A stretch of 64,000 bases of DNA from the NCBI RefSeq assembly GCF_001194135.2, contig NC_068991.1:7978924-8042923 (forward strand), read 5' to 3'. This document shows, piece after piece, positions 48,492 to 62,072 of the stretch (positions are counted from its first letter, which is position 1; each line of letters starts with the position of its first letter). Origin of the DNA: Octopus bimaculoides. Taxonomy: Eukaryota. Both the position numbers and the translations under genes were made by a program. A model generated the notes under the pieces. It was not told the origin of the DNA, made no database searches, and worked only from the letters and a program-made list of their open reading frames with translations.

Positions 48492-49814
48492 GTCTTTTTT
48501 TGTCATTGGTGAGCTGTATTGCAGAAACAGTAACTTAACCATCTCTGCCGTGCCTGGGCTGTTTCCGGAAACAAGTACCTAGTCTCCTCTCTCTTACCAT
48601 TTCTCCACTCATGGATATACCACGAAGGAAAGACAAAACAATATGTCCACAACATTCGGAGCTGCAGGGGATGCCAGATATTGGTTAAGCATAACCATAC
48701 ATATGTGCCTTTAGGTCCCTTGCTCCAGATTTTCCATTGGAGTTTATTCTTGAAGCATATCATCCACTTTACAACATGGATTGGATTACCCATGTCCAGT
48801 CCATTGCAGGATGAAAGTCTCAGCATGTTCTCTCCACCAACCATGGTCTGATGTGGAGGCCATGAATTTCACTTAGGGGTCATACTGGTTTGATGAGCCT
48901 ACTGTACCACACTGACTTGACATGGCTTTGCAGAGGGGGTGCAGTTTATACTCATACCCAGGAGTAGTTAAGTTATTACATCAATCCCAATGTTCAACCA
49001 GTACCATTTTATCGACCTTGAAAGGACGAAAGACAAAACTTGACCTTGGTGGAATTTGAACTCAGAACATAAGGATGGATGTAATACCACTAAGCATTTC
49101 ACCTGACATTCTAACAACTCTGCCAGCTCATCTTTTACAGCATAAACGGAGTATATTTTATTGTAACACTAGCACTAGAGGGGCTCTTTACAGTAAGACT
49201 ATTCTGTATTAGTTTTTATTTGGAGCAACTGCCCTCCGAGATGGTTTTCTTTAGGGTTGTGGAGTTGGGGTTCAGAGCCAGTGTTGGAAGCAGTCATTGG
49301 GTTACTGGAATTGGAGTTGATAAAAATGTTTCCAATCTGACTCTGATTAAATGTAAATTGTAACATAATCTGTTAAAATTTCAATGTTTTCATCTCAAAA
49401 AGAAATATTTCTGTGTTTAATTGAGTTTTTTCTCTTTTAAAATGGTTGTTTGTAAAATTGCTTTAGGTGGTTCAATGTTTTGGTTTTAATGCGAATAATG
49501 TACTTCAGATTTTTTAATTGCTAACAATGTTTCTGGATTTTTTTAATAGTTTTCTTAGTTTTTTTTCTTTTATATCTTTTTTTTTTNNNNNNNNNNTTTT
49601 TTTTTTTTTAGCCTTTAGATAAAAAAAAACAAACAAACACTTAAAAAAATTTTTTCCAAGTTTTCTTTTATGCTTATTTATTCGTAACTTCTTTAATCAT
49701 CATCATTTAACATCCGTGTTCTGTGCTAACATAGGTTGGATGGTTTAACAAGATCCAGTGAGTCCAAGAACTGCATCATGTTCCAGTGTCCGCTTTGGCA
49801 TGGTTTCTGCAGTT

Positions 49815-50054
49815 ACTCTTTTACTTGTTTCAGTCATTTGACTGCGACCATACTGGAGCACCACCTTTAGTTGAAGAAATCGACCCCGGGATTTATTCTT
49901 TGTAAGCCTAGTATTTATTCTATCGGTCTCGTTTGCCGAACCGCTAAGTTACGGGGACGTAAACACACCATTAGTTGTCAAGCGATGTTGGGGGACAAAC
50001 ACAGACACACAAACATATACACACACATACATACATACATACATACATTATATA
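49815..50054 (-). mobile_element. SINE A 3' portion running into an N-gap
   Basis: Same module as 20115-20346. Confidence 0.85.
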
Positions 50055-51312
50055 NNNNNNNNNNNNNNNNNNNNNNNNNNNNNNNNNNNNNNNNNNNNNN
50101 NNNNNNNNNNNNNNNNNNNNNNNNNNNNNNNNNNNNNNNNNNNNNNNNNNNNNNNNNNNNNNNNNNNNNNNNNNNNNNNNNNNNNNNNNNNNNNNNNNNN
50201 NNNNNNNNNNNNNNNNNNNNNNNNNNNNNNNNNNNNNNNNNNNNNNNNNNNNNNNNNNNNNNNNNNNNNNNNNNNNNNNNNNNNNNNNNNNNNNNNNNNN
50301 NNNNNNNNNNNNNNNNNNNNNNNNNNNNNNNNNNNNNNNNNNNNNNNNNNNNNNNNNNNNNNNNNNNNNNNNNNNNNNNNNNNNNNNNNNNNNNNNNNNN
50401 NNNNNNNNNNNNNNNNNNNNNNNNNNNNNNNNNNNNNNNNNNNNNNNNNNNNNNNNNNNNNNNNNNNNNNNNNNNNNNNNNNNNNNNNNNNNNNNNNNNN
50501 NNNNNNNNNNNNNNNNNNNNNNNNNNNNNNNNNNNNNNNNNNNNNNNNNNNNNNNNNNNNNNNNNNNNNNNNNNNNNNNNNNNNNNNNNNNNNNNNNNNG
50601 GAATTGGTAAGGGATAGAAAAAGTGCTGATGAGGTGTCAAAGTGGACAGAGCAATAAGGTGTCAGGTACAAGGTGGGTAGGGTGGGGGCTGAGGTACCAG
50701 GAGCGAGTGGAGGGGGGGAATAAGAGACTGCTGATAGTGCAAGGGAGCAGCAGCAGAATATTATAAGTGATGATACAGTAAGCAGGAGAAGGACAAAAGA
50801 TGACATGCTATTGGGTATGTTGTGGGAGTGGATAGGGAAAAGAGAGGCAGGTGCAGTATGTGAGGAGAGTGACACATATGGTGGAGGGAAGGAGAAATAA
50901 TTTCATGGCAAAGTAGGAGTGGGTGATCAATGACAGTTTGGATGAATAATAGCGAAAAGAGCCACAACACAACAGCTTATAGCCTTTAAAACCAAACTTA
51001 TTACAGGTTAGGGTGCTAAAAAGTAGCGTGATGATTCACATTGGCCATGTGTTATTGTGTGTGCTTTCACTCAAAAGAAATATGAATCTAATTATAAATA
51101 GATGAGTCACTGTTGATGGGTACCATAGACTGATTAGTTGAAGTTTGAGCTTTTGTGTACCAACTTCACAACCCTGGTTTCTCTGTGATGCGGAAGGAGG
51201 GGGTGTCCACAGCACCGTCATTCCTTCCTTTCTTTTATGGTTATCATTTAATGCCAGCTACATATCAGGAAGAAATGACAAATAATATATGTGTGTGTGT
51301 GTGTGTGTGTGC

Positions 51313-51356
<44 letters not shown>

Positions 51357-53869
51357 ATATATATATATATGTGTGTGTGTATGAATGTATGTATATATAT
51401 ATGTATGTATATATATATGTATGTATATATATATGTATGNNNNNNNNNNNNNNNNNNNNNNNNNNNNNNNNNNNNNNNNNNNNNNNNNNNNNNNNNNNNN
51501 NNNNNNNNNNNNNNNNNNNNNNNNNNNNNNNNNNNNNNNNNNNNNNNNNNNNNNNNNNNNNNNNNNNNNNNNNNNNNNNNNNNNNNNNNNNNNNNNNNNN
51601 NNNNNNNNNNNNNNNNNNNNNNNNNNNNNNNNNNNNNNNNNNNNNNNNNNNNNNNNNNNNNNNNNNNNNNNNNNNNNNNNNNNNNNNNNNNNNNNNNNNN
51701 NNNNNNNNNNNNNNNNNNNNNNNNNNNNNNNNNNNNNNNNNNNNNNNNNNNNNNNNNNNNNNNNNNNNNNNNNNNNNNNNNNNNNNNNNNNNNNNNNNNN
51801 NNNNNNNNNNNNNNNNNNNNNNNNNNNNNNNNNNNNNNNNNNNNNNNNNNNNNNNNNNNNNNNNNNNNNNNNNNNNNNNNNNNNNNNNNNNNNNNNNNNN
51901 NNNNNNNNNNNNNNNNNNNNNNNNNNNNNNNNNNNNNNNNNNNNNNNNNNNNNNNNNNNNNNNNNNNNNNNNNNNNNNNNNNNNNNNNNGTCAAACACAG
52001 ACACACAAATATATACATGTATACATATACATATATATATATACATACACAATGGGCTTCTTTCAGTTTCCGTCTACCAAATCCACTCACAAGGTTTTGG
52101 TCGGCTCAAAGCTATAGTACAAGACACTTGCCCAAGGTGCCACGCAGTGGAACTGAACCTGGAATCCACTGGAACCTGTTAAATCCACTCCTAAGACTTT
52201 GGTTTCTCTTATTGTTATTGTATAAAACACTTACTCATAGTGCCTTGCAGTGGGACTGAACCCGGACCCTTATGGTTGGGAAACAAACTTCTTAACCGCA
52301 CAGCTATGCCTGGTTGTGGAATGCAGACCTTTATCCTTTCTGTGGTTAAGTCGACACCCTGGTGATTCAAGTGGGATGATACAACTCTGACACTATTGTA
52401 TATAGACTGAAATACAATGCCACAATAGGAAATATTACTTAGCAACACCCAGCTAAAAGAGGCAACCAAATCCATAAGGACACCCTCTTCATATACATAA
52501 GTATGTGATTGTTCCATAAATATTAACTATTGTATAATAAAATCAGTCTTACTTGAAGAAAACCGAATTAGAAAATGCCAGGACATAAATTGTAGGATCC
52601 AGTCAAGTCGCTTTTGATTAGATTTGCATTAATTAAAAGTCAACTTCTGCTAGCAAGCTAATTTGTTTCTCTTCCATAGTCTTTAGAAATGTTTTTTAAT
52701 TATCACAAGATTTTTGGTTTGAATAGCTATTTGAGATGGTGGAAAGAATCCATTGTCTGAAAGGAAATCGAAAAATAAATAGAAAATAAAGAGGATGGTA
52801 GTGGTGGTGGATTTTACATCTGAAATCTCTGCTTACCATTCTCTTGTTTCCTTGTTTTAAGTACAAACTTATTGCTTCTTGGTTTTCATTGCTGCTGGGT
52901 TGTAAAAACGGAGAAACATCTCCGGAGAAAATTTTTGTAGTGGTGAGAGAAAGACAAGTAAAATCAACAAGAGATATCTTTAAATAAAAAGGCAACAAGA
53001 ACTATAGAAGAATTTCTGGTCTTTTGGGCGTTTTATATATTTCATTTTTTTTAAAGAAAAATGAAATTGGTATTAGGCTGGTAATTTAGTTCTGCAAATT
53101 TTGGCAAGTGATATATGAATTACTGAAGCAAATATTTTTGTAGTTGATTGGGTTTTCTTGTTAAAATTTATGAACTTGAACAGAGCGATGCTAGTTTAAT
53201 GCTTTTTGCTTAACCTAAAAACAGCCCTGATTGAGAAAACCAGTTCCAACCAGTGGCCACCATCTAATTTTTTTAGAACTACCATATTTAATGGTATAAA
53301 AGATGCACAAGCATTTTAGATGCACCCTAATTTCAGCAGTGCATATTGAGGGGAAAAAATAGTTTTGGTGCATTAGAGCTTATGGAAGGCTCAACTTCAC
53401 AAATAGGACCTGGGGTGAGACACTTTTGGGAGGGGGGGGGATAAATATATACTTACATATGACCTTACATATGACCCCAAAACCATATGATTGTGGAGCA
53501 AACATCTTCACCACACAAACCTGCACCAGTTGTGGTACTTATTGACAGAAATATCTGGGGTAATGTATTTTGGTTGCATTTGTGTTCCTGAGTAAGTTTT
53601 AAACAAGTCAGCCACAAAAATATGAATAATTGACAATATTAATTGGAAATACAATCTGGATTAACCACTTAGGGATACAACTATGCTGGCTGTTAACTTC
53701 TTATAGAGATTTACGAGGAGAAAAATGGAATGTTTGCAGTTTTATTGTTTTTCCCAACGGCTTTAACAATGAATCTGACTTGGTATAGTTTTGTTTGGGA
53801 TTCAAAACAAAGTCAGGCTATGAATACAACCTGATGGCAACTTCAAGCTTATTATTATTCAATTATTCA

Positions 53870-53975
53870 TAAGCTTCACTTTAACAGAAGTCTAGAAGCA
53901 AAAGATATCTGGCCACCTACTTGGCTGGTGCTGATTATGGTGACGACAGTGCTCTTCACGGACAACACAATACCC
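53870..53975 (+). mobile_element. Short degenerate RT fragment (RTE/RTEX-like YADD region)
   Basis: FTLT-KSRSKRYLATYLAGADYGDDSAL, paralleling GFTL..RRSRRYPA..I.DADYADD.AL. Confidence 0.55.
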
Positions 53976-54826
53976 ATGCAAATAATAAAAATAATATCTT
54001 CAGAGCAATTCCAATCACTACTATTATAACCACAACAGGTCACATTTCGATCACTTGACCATTTAAGAGGATTCCACCAACATCCTATTACTGTCATACA
54101 GCTCCCGTATTCTTCTTCTTCTTACATACATACACATACACAACCGACTTCTTTTGAGTTTCTTTTTTCCAAATTCATTAGCAATGCATCAGTCAGCTCA
54201 GGGCTATAGTAGTCAATGTCCAAGGTGCTCTGCAGTGGGACTGAACCTGAAACCATATGATTATAAAGCGAGCTCCTTAACCACGCAGCCATGCCTGTGC
54301 CAATGCATAAAAAAATTCTACTCCTAATTAAGTTTGCTACTCTCTCTGAAATTTTCACAATGTTTAACAGTGGTCATTTCTAATGAGAAGCCATTGAAGT
54401 TCACAAGACTTTCACTTTCGGTTAATCATTAATGATGTCCTTTGGGTAGTAATTTTATTTCTTCACTAATTATTATAATGTTTAAAAGAAGAGAAAAACT
54501 ATCTTTTAAGTAACTTTTTTGCTTTTTTTAATTTAAATATTTTTTTTATTTGTTTCTTGCTTTCTTTTATTTTTTAGTTTGTTTTTACTGATTTACTATT
54601 AGTCTTCGTATCTTGCTTGCTTTCATTATTCTCTTTTTTTATATAAATTCTTTTCTGTTTTTTTTTTTAATATAAATTTTCTCATCTTATCTTCTTCTCA
54701 TTATCCACTTTCTTTTTCGTCACCCTTATCATTGATAGTTTTTTGTGTTTCTTTCCCTCATATATATATATATATATATGGGAGAATTTACGAAAAAAAC
54801 AACAACAGACGAGGACAGGTGGTGTA

Positions 54827-55276
54827 ATGGTGGTTGTCTACTCCTTATGCAGAGTTTGACTACCTCCTGTACCTACACCTTAACACCATCATGGCATCTG
54901 ATGTGGCTTTTCAAACCAGACAATGTTCTGGAAAGATACCTACATAGATTGCACATCCAATTTGGACCACCAAGAGCTGCAGATAAGTTCTGATCTTTGT
55001 GGTTCTTAAAATGTCTTTTGAGGCCTCCATTGGATTTGCAAACCTTCTGGCATACACTGCATTGAAAGGTGTGCACAGACATACAGGCAGAATAGTTGGT
55101 GGACGTTTGTTTTCCATGGGTTTGTAAATGAGATTTGAGCCCAGCAAAAGACAGGCATGGTCTGTCAGAAACGGCACACAAAAAGGTTATTGTCATTCAC
55201 CTTCTCGACTGTTACATTCTTCTTTAGATCTCTTTTGAGTCTTACATGCATTATCCTGGCCTCCTCAAATACTTTC
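54827..55276 (-). mobile_element. 3' end of an RTE-type LINE ORF2 with three C2H2 zinc fingers (pseudogenised; 5' part lost in an N-gap)
   Basis: KVFEEARIMHVRLKRDLKK..NNLF, then a frameshift, then CAVSDRPCLSFAGLKSHLQTH, CSVCQKVCKSNGGLKRHFKNH and CNLCRYLSRTLSGLKSHIRCH (C-x2-C-x12-H-x3-H spacing, first finger C->S). The FE..R....KR..K then C..C.R.C.S..GL.SH arrangement is characteristic of RTE C-termini. Confidence 0.75.
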
Positions 55277-55964
55277 NNNNNNNNNNNNNNNNNNNNNNNN
55301 NNNNNNNNNNNNNNNNNNNNNNNNNNNNNNNNNNNNNNNNNNNNNNNNNNNNNNNNNNNNNNNNNNNNNNNNNNNNNNNNNNNNNNNNNNNNNNNNNNNN
55401 NNNNNNNNNNNNNNNNNNNNNNNNNNNNNNNNNNNNNNNNNNNNNNNNNNNNNNNNNNNNNNNNNNNNNNNNNNNNNNNNNNNNNNNNNNNNNNNNNNNN
55501 NNNNNNNNNNNNNNNNNNNNNNNNNNNNNNNNNNNNNNNNNNNNNNNNNNNNNNNNNNNNNNNNNNNNNNNNNNNNNNNNNNNNNNNNNNNNNNNNNNNN
55601 NNNNNNNNNNNNNNNNNNNNNNNNNNNNNNNNNNNNNNNNNNNNNNNNNNNNNNNNNNNNNNNNNNNNNNNNNNNNNNNNNNNNNNNNNNNNNNNNNNNN
55701 NNNNNNNNNNNNNNNNNNNNNNNNNNNNNNNNNNNNNNNNNNNNNNNNNNNNNNNNNNNNNNNNNNNNNNNNNNNNNNNNNNNNNNNNNATATATATATC
55801 ACTGATTTGATATTTCTTTCACCTTTTTGTTGTTTTTGGCATCAGTATGCTGATAAGCATTTCAGCAACTTCAGATATTTACATTAATCGGAGGATTAAA
55901 TATGATGACAGATACATAAAGAGTTCTTCTTCATCATCATAAGTATTGTTGTCGTCGTCCTCCT

Positions 55965-55978
55965 CCTCCTCCTCCTCC

Positions 55979-56018
<40 letters not shown>

Positions 56019-56200
56019 TGTTCCATGCTATAGTGAGTTGGATGACTTGACAGGGTGTGATGGGTTTTTAAGGACTGGATTGTGCTCTGTTGTCTGCTTT
56101 GGTGTGGTTTCTGCAGTTGGATGCACTTCCTAATGCCAATCATTTTACAGCATGTATTGGATTCTTTTTACTTGCCACCAGCACTAGTGAGGTTACCAAA
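55965..56200 (-). mobile_element. Retroposon 3' module with a (GAT)n/(GAG)n tail
   Basis: Reverse complement of the ..aggaagtgcatcc..ccatgctagcatggaa..gatgatgatg tail. Confidence 0.65.
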
Positions 56201-56719
56201 CTGCTGCTCACAAGGCTATGAGTGAGTCATCTTTATTCCAGGGAATGAGGAGTTAAATTATGAAAGTGCCTGTGGTGATGGGGGCAGATGGAAACAGGTT
56301 CTTGTAGAAGATCTGTATGGTTACTCAGATTTAGCAGCGGAGGGAGAGATTGATCAGTAGGAGCTGCAATGAGGTAGATAGTTAAGATGAAGTGTCCAGG
56401 TGGCCCTTCAAGGCGGGAGGTGAGTAGAAATGGGTTGGTGGGTGGATGTTTGCAAGATTGTATGGGGGAGGGGGGCAGGAGATGANNNNNNNNNNAAGAG
56501 GGGTGTGGAGGCAGAGGTAGGATAGTAATGATGATGCAGTTGACAAGGGGAGGATGAGAGAAAGAAAGAGAGAGAGAGAGAGAGAGTGTGTGTGATGATA
56601 AGGTTAAAATAAATAAATGAATAAAAAAAGTTTAGAAAAGCCAGGATTTCTGATAACAAAAGATAAGACAGTCAGTCAGTCAGACATTGAACTCAGCTTG
56701 ACAGTAGCCAAGTAAAAGG

Positions 56720-57200
56720 TTTAACCCTATTTATTTTGAGATGCTTTGTGTTCCTTTCAATTAATTTTAAATATAACAAAGAATTTAGTAAAATAACTCA
56801 GCCTGTGTTAGGAACACAAATTGTGATTAAGGTTTGGTGGAAGATTTAAATTCAAAACTTATGAAAACAAGACGTTTGTACTACAGAGCCAGGGGCAGTT
56901 TCAGCTGGGTTGGTATTGAAAGGGTTAACGACTATTAATTAGTAAACGAAGGCTTTACTAAATCTTTAAAAAAATTTTTTAATGCAGTTTAGGATGTATG
57001 TGTGCACTGTCTTAATGTGAAATATTAACCCTTTTCGTGCCAACCTGTCTGAAACAGCTCCTTGTTTCTATGATATAAACGTCCTGTTCTAAAGTGATCT
57101 AAACTAAAACCTGTCATCAAAATTTCATGTTAATTTGGTTCAGACACCATCTTAAGACTGTTTTAATAATGACAGTTATTTTACTACAATCTTCATTATT
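56720..57200. mobile_element. Two piggyBac-like MITE P2 copies in opposite orientation
   Basis: TTAAccctattt..gaaagggTTAA (~56720-56930) and TTAAcccttttcgtgccaacc.. (~57025-57200). Confidence 0.6.
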
Positions 57201-57479
57201 TAAAAAACTATTTGAAGGAAAGACATTGCATGTCTGCTGAAATATGATAACAAATTTGAGATCAGCAAATGTTTGAAGCTGAATTTTATCTGGCTGTGAA
57301 GAGAAAATTTGACTGTTTGGGTTGTGTTGGCATGAAAGGACAGTTGAGACTGAAGGCAAAAAATGTGGTGAGTGATGAGTGAGATGGGTTTTAACTATGA
57401 TGGATAATGAGTAAAGATGTAGGAAAACTTTCTTGATGTGTTTCATCTATTATTTTTGCTACTGGTTGTTGTTTGTTCC

Positions 57480-57820
57480 TTCTCAAGCCATGCCTAGCTC
57501 ATAAGGACCAGTTTTCCTGTTTCATTGGCATATAGGTTCCCCACCTGGATGGGACNNNNNNNNNNTTCCTGTTTCATTGGCATATAGGTTCCCCACCTGG
57601 ATGGGACGCTGGTCCATCACAGGTGAGCTGCTAGATGCAGGAGGAAAGAGTGAGAGGAAGTTGTGGTGAAAGAGTCAGCAGAGGTTTGCCGTCGTCTTCT
57701 GCCAAAGCCACGTGGAACTTAGGTGTTTCATTCATAAACACACATCGGCCAGTCTGAGATTCGAACCCGTGATCCCTCGACTGCTAGTCCGCTGCTCTAA
57801 CCACTATGCCATGTGCCTCC
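57480..57820 (-). mobile_element. Older SINE family B copy; the 42-bp duplication around a 10-N gap is a likely assembly artefact
   Basis: Head gtggaggcacatggcatagtggttagagcagcggactagc.. The sequence ttcctgtttcattggcatataggttccccacctggatgggac appears on both sides of the gap at 57556-57565. Confidence 0.75.
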
Positions 57821-60800
57821 ACTTTGCTACTGGTGATGAGTCTAAATTGTTTTGCTATTGCATGATACCAAACAGATTTCAGAAGGTCTCTGTTCTTGAA
57901 GGATGTGTCTGGTTGATAAGGAGGCCTTGTGACTGCATGAGACTGTGTTGGATAGTGACATCTATGTGTGAGTGTGTATGTGCATGCATGTGTGTGTTTA
58001 CACGCATGTGAGTGTAAGTGCATGTATGTGTAGGTGTGTGTGCTTTGCATGTGTAATAAGCGTGTGTGTGTGTGTTTGTGAGTGTTGGAAAACAGTAAGT
58101 TTTTTAGACTTCAACTTCTATTTGACCAATACTGTGGATGCTTCCAGGAATGACAATCACTTACTAAATTTCTAAAAATATTAAAATTTGCAGAATCATC
58201 AAACCCATGACATGACAGCACTTAAAGACGTAAATGCATATAGAAGAAACAGTTCTGAAATAGCACAAAGTCAAAAAGAAGATAAATAGATTGTGCCAAC
58301 CTATCTAGTTCAACCCAGCTCTGATAAACAAACAAGTAAAAACTTCACTGGCTGTTGTTGAAGATTGAAAAAAGATAAGATATGAAACATGAACACTGTT
58401 GTATCGAACAACTGGTTGCTTTGTTTTCAATATGGACAAAACAGTAACTTCTTTGGAAGACACCACCCTTTTGTAATCTTTTGCTTTTATTATAGTTCTT
58501 TGAGTTTATAGAATTCTATCTTTGTTAGCACGAACTGCTGCTTGCCAGGACATGCAAAGTACTTCCTTGTTGTGGGTCTGATGGGTTAAAAAAAATTTCC
58601 TGTACATCATTTTAGAGAGTCAGTCTTGTTCATCTTTTTGTTATTTATTATTTTTTTTTTTTTTTGCACTGGTGGGTTGTCATGACATTCTGGTATCTGG
58701 ATGATAACATGTAACACGAACATGTTACATATTATCTAGGATAGTCAAAGGTGCAGGTGTGGATGTGAGGTTAAGGAGTTTGCTTACCAACCACATGGTT
58801 TTGGGTTCAGTCCCACTACATGGTACCTTGGGTGAGTGTATTTTACTTTAGATGTTGGCTGATCAAAGCCATTTGAGTGGATTTGGTACATGAAAACTGA
58901 AAGAAGCCTGTTGTGTGTATGTGTGTGTATACTTACACACACACACACACACACTGTAAAAGTAAACAGTCACATCAGATCTCAAAGCTGTGAAATAATG
59001 CATGATAAATTCAAAACAATGTGGATAAATAAGCATTACATTTGACAGAATAATTTGAATGTTAAAGGGTTAATTAAGAAACCATTATTATTATTATTAT
59101 CATTAAGAAACCATTATTATTATCATAGTAGTAAACATATTTCATATATTTGTTATATTTCAGGAGGTGATACCCAGAGTAATTACAAGGCGAATTAAAT
59201 TTTCTTTCCCCGATTACTGCTGCAATTTTGTCAGTCTTTGCAAGGTATTAATATTTTTCTTTTAATTCTTTTTTTAAAAAAAAACAAGAAAAAAAGGAAA
59301 TTTTTTTAATGTACTTTTATTAATTTTAATATATTTAAGGTAGAGGGGCTCCGAAAGGGGCCTCAGGGAGTAGTGTCCCTGCCATCCTGAGCTATTTTTC
59401 CACCACATTTCTTAAAAATTTTGGTCTTCTATTTTCTAGCTCAATGATAACGTTTGATATTTTGTGATATATATATATATATATATATANNNNNNNNNNN
59501 NNNNNNNNNNNNNNNNNNNNNNNNNNNNNNNNNNNNNNNNNNNNNNNNNNNNNNNNNNNNNNNNNNNNNNNNNNNNNNNNNNNNNNNNNNNNNNNNNNNN
59601 NNNNNNNNNNNNNNNNNNNNNNNNNNNNNNNNNNNNNNNNNNNNNNNNNNNNNNNNNNNNNNNNNNNNNNNNNNNNNNNNNNNNNNNNNNNNNNNNNNNN
59701 NNNNNNNNNNNNNNNNNNNNNNNNNNNNNNNNNNNNNNNNNNNNNNNNNNNNNNNNNNNNNNNNNNNNNNNNNNNNNNNNNNNNNNNNNNNNNNNNNNNN
59801 NNNNNNNNNNNNNNNNNNNNNNNNNNNNNNNNNNNNAGGCTCCGGTAGGGGATGGTGGTGAACCCTGTTGTATTCTTTCACCACAACTTTCTCTCACTAT
59901 TTCTTCCTGTTTCTGTTGTACCTGTATTTCAAAGGGCCAGCCTTGTCACGCTGAATATCCCCGAGAATTATGTTAAGGGTACACGTGTCTGTGGGGTGCT
60001 CAGCCACTTGCACGTTAATTTCATGAGTACGCTGTTCCGTTGATTGGATTAACTGGAACCCTCAACGTCGTAAGCGACGGAGTGCCAACAATAAATATAT
60101 ATATATATATAGGGATAAATCAACGTCCATGTTTCTGAAAAGAAAGAGATACAAAGAACACAAAAAGAGAAATGCCATTATAATTATAAAAAAGTTTAAA
60201 TAAATTGGTGAACTTTCACCTAAATCTAACGATGTAAATTTTGGACTAATCACCATGAGATGATACAAAAACCATCGAATGATAATGAGGTGTTTCAGAT
60301 AACACCTGATGATTATTAGATATTTCTTATCTGGATTTACAAGAAAAATACTCAAGTTACTAAGCAAAATCATATTTAAAGAGTCAAAATGACACATTCA
60401 AGTTTTTTATTTTTCTAATTTCCATTTTTCTTAAATGAAAATCGAAAAAATGCTTAATAAATATAGACACAGTCATGGGTGTGTGATTAAGTGGTTAAGA
60501 AGGTTGCTTTGCAACCACATGGTTCTGGGTTCAGTCCCTCTGCATGGCTACTATAGCTTCAGGTTTCCAATGCCTTGTGAGTGAATTTTGGCAGATAGAA
60601 ACTAAATTCTTTGTTATATTTAAAGTAATTGAAAGAAACACAGAGCATCTCAAAATAAATACAGCAATGAAAGGGTTAAATGGTGATGATGAGACAGATG
60701 GTGGTGGTGATGACGATAATGATGACAATGAATGAGTAATAATCACGTACCAGACTGGTATTTGAACTTCCCAGACTGGTGTTTGAACTGGTAATGTCCA

Positions 60801-61870
60801 TTCTTGGGTGTCATTCATCTATTGCATTTCTAGTTCAACATTCAGACTTTGGCTGGTCAAGAGGAAACAATTGAACTTTAGTATAGCCTAAGATTTTGTG
60901 TACTTGTAAGACAATCCCAGTTAACCGGGACTGTCCTTTGTTACAAATGTCATGCAATGACCCATGAAATAAATATGGTCTACATTTCGAACACATTTTT
61001 GTGTGTTGTTTACTTATAGGATGGGATAAAAATAGAAAACACTATATCAAGCATAAACAGATTTGAACTTAGAAATATAAACCAATGGACCACAGCTTTT
61101 GCATTTTCTTATTTTTCTTGTTGAACCAGAGGACTCATAAGGCCAGCTTATCCCCTTTCCATGGTGTGTAAGTGACTGAGACCCTAACATTGCCCTGAAC
61201 GACCAGTTCATTGGAAGATTCACAGCCAGCAATTTTGAGGAAAGGGGGCAATTTGATAACATCAACCCTCGCTAGTATTTGACTGCCACTGTGCTTTATT
61301 AGCTCCGAAGGGATGAAACATAAAGATGACTCTGGTGAGATTTGAACTCAGAATGTCTCAGAATGCAAAGAGCGTGAAGAAATACTGCTGAGCATTTCAC
61401 ACACACACNNNNNNNNNNNNNNNNNNNNNNNNNNNNNNNNNNNNNNNNNNNNNNNNNNNNNNNNNNNNNNNNNNNNNNNNNNNNNNNNNNNNNNNNNNNN
61501 NNNNNNNNNNNNNNNNNNNNNNNNNNNNNNNNNNNNNNNNNNNNNNNNNNNNNNNNNNNNNNNNNNNNNNNNNNNNNNNNNNNNNNNNNNNNNNNNNNNN
61601 NNNNNNNNNNNNNNNNNNNNNNNNNNNNNNNNNNNNNNNNNNNNNNNNNNNNNNNNNNNNNNNNNNNNNNNNNNNNNNNNNNNNNNNNNNNNNNNNNNNN
61701 NNNNNNNNNNNNNNNNNNNNNNNNNNNNNNNNNNNNNNNNNNNNNNNNNNNNNNNNNNNNNNNNNNNNNNNNNNNNNTAATAGATCTAAATATAAGTCTT
61801 GGTTTATAAATATTCAAAAGAAAATTTAGAAAATGGAGATGTTGCATTAATATAATTTAATATATTTATT

Positions 61871-61901
<31 letters not shown>

Positions 61902-61909
61902 CACGTACA

Positions 61910-62072
61910 TATGACAGGCTTCCACACAGTTTCCATTTACCACATTCACTCATAAGGCATTGGTCAGCCCAGGGCTATAGAAAATACTTGCCCAAAGTGT
62001 CACACTGTGGAACTGGACTCAAAACCACATGGTTGCAAAGTGAGTTTCTTAACCACATGGCCATGCCTGCAC
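61910..62072 (-). mobile_element. SINE A head
   Basis: Reverse complement of gggtgcaggcatggccatgtggttaagaaactcactttgcaaccatgtgg..ctttgggcaagtattttctatagccctgggctgacc. Confidence 0.75.

Noticed and set aside
48503-48960. 113-aa minus-strand ORF, possibly a LINE 5' region, and a possible HDV-like ribozyme just upstream
   Set aside because: No endonuclease or RT motif recognised, and I could not build the nested double-pseudoknot pairing by eye.
50670-50720. G-quadruplex-like G-runs (also 20056-20076)
   Set aside because: The loops are long or the fourth G-run is missing, and there is no functional context.
54873-55196. Host C2H2 zinc-finger transcription factor gene
   Set aside because: No TGEKP-type linkers, frameshifted, and preceded by an RTE-like FEE.R..KR segment. 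Better explained as a LINE C-terminus.
57514-57607. 42-bp direct repeat flanking a 10-N spacer
   Set aside because: An exact duplication on both sides of a minimal gap is typical of an unmerged contig overlap.
58190-58290. Possible terminal exon NHQTHDMTALKDVNAYRRNSSEIAQSQKEDK* after a ttgcAG acceptor
   Set aside because: Short and unrecognised, within chance expectation for this base composition.
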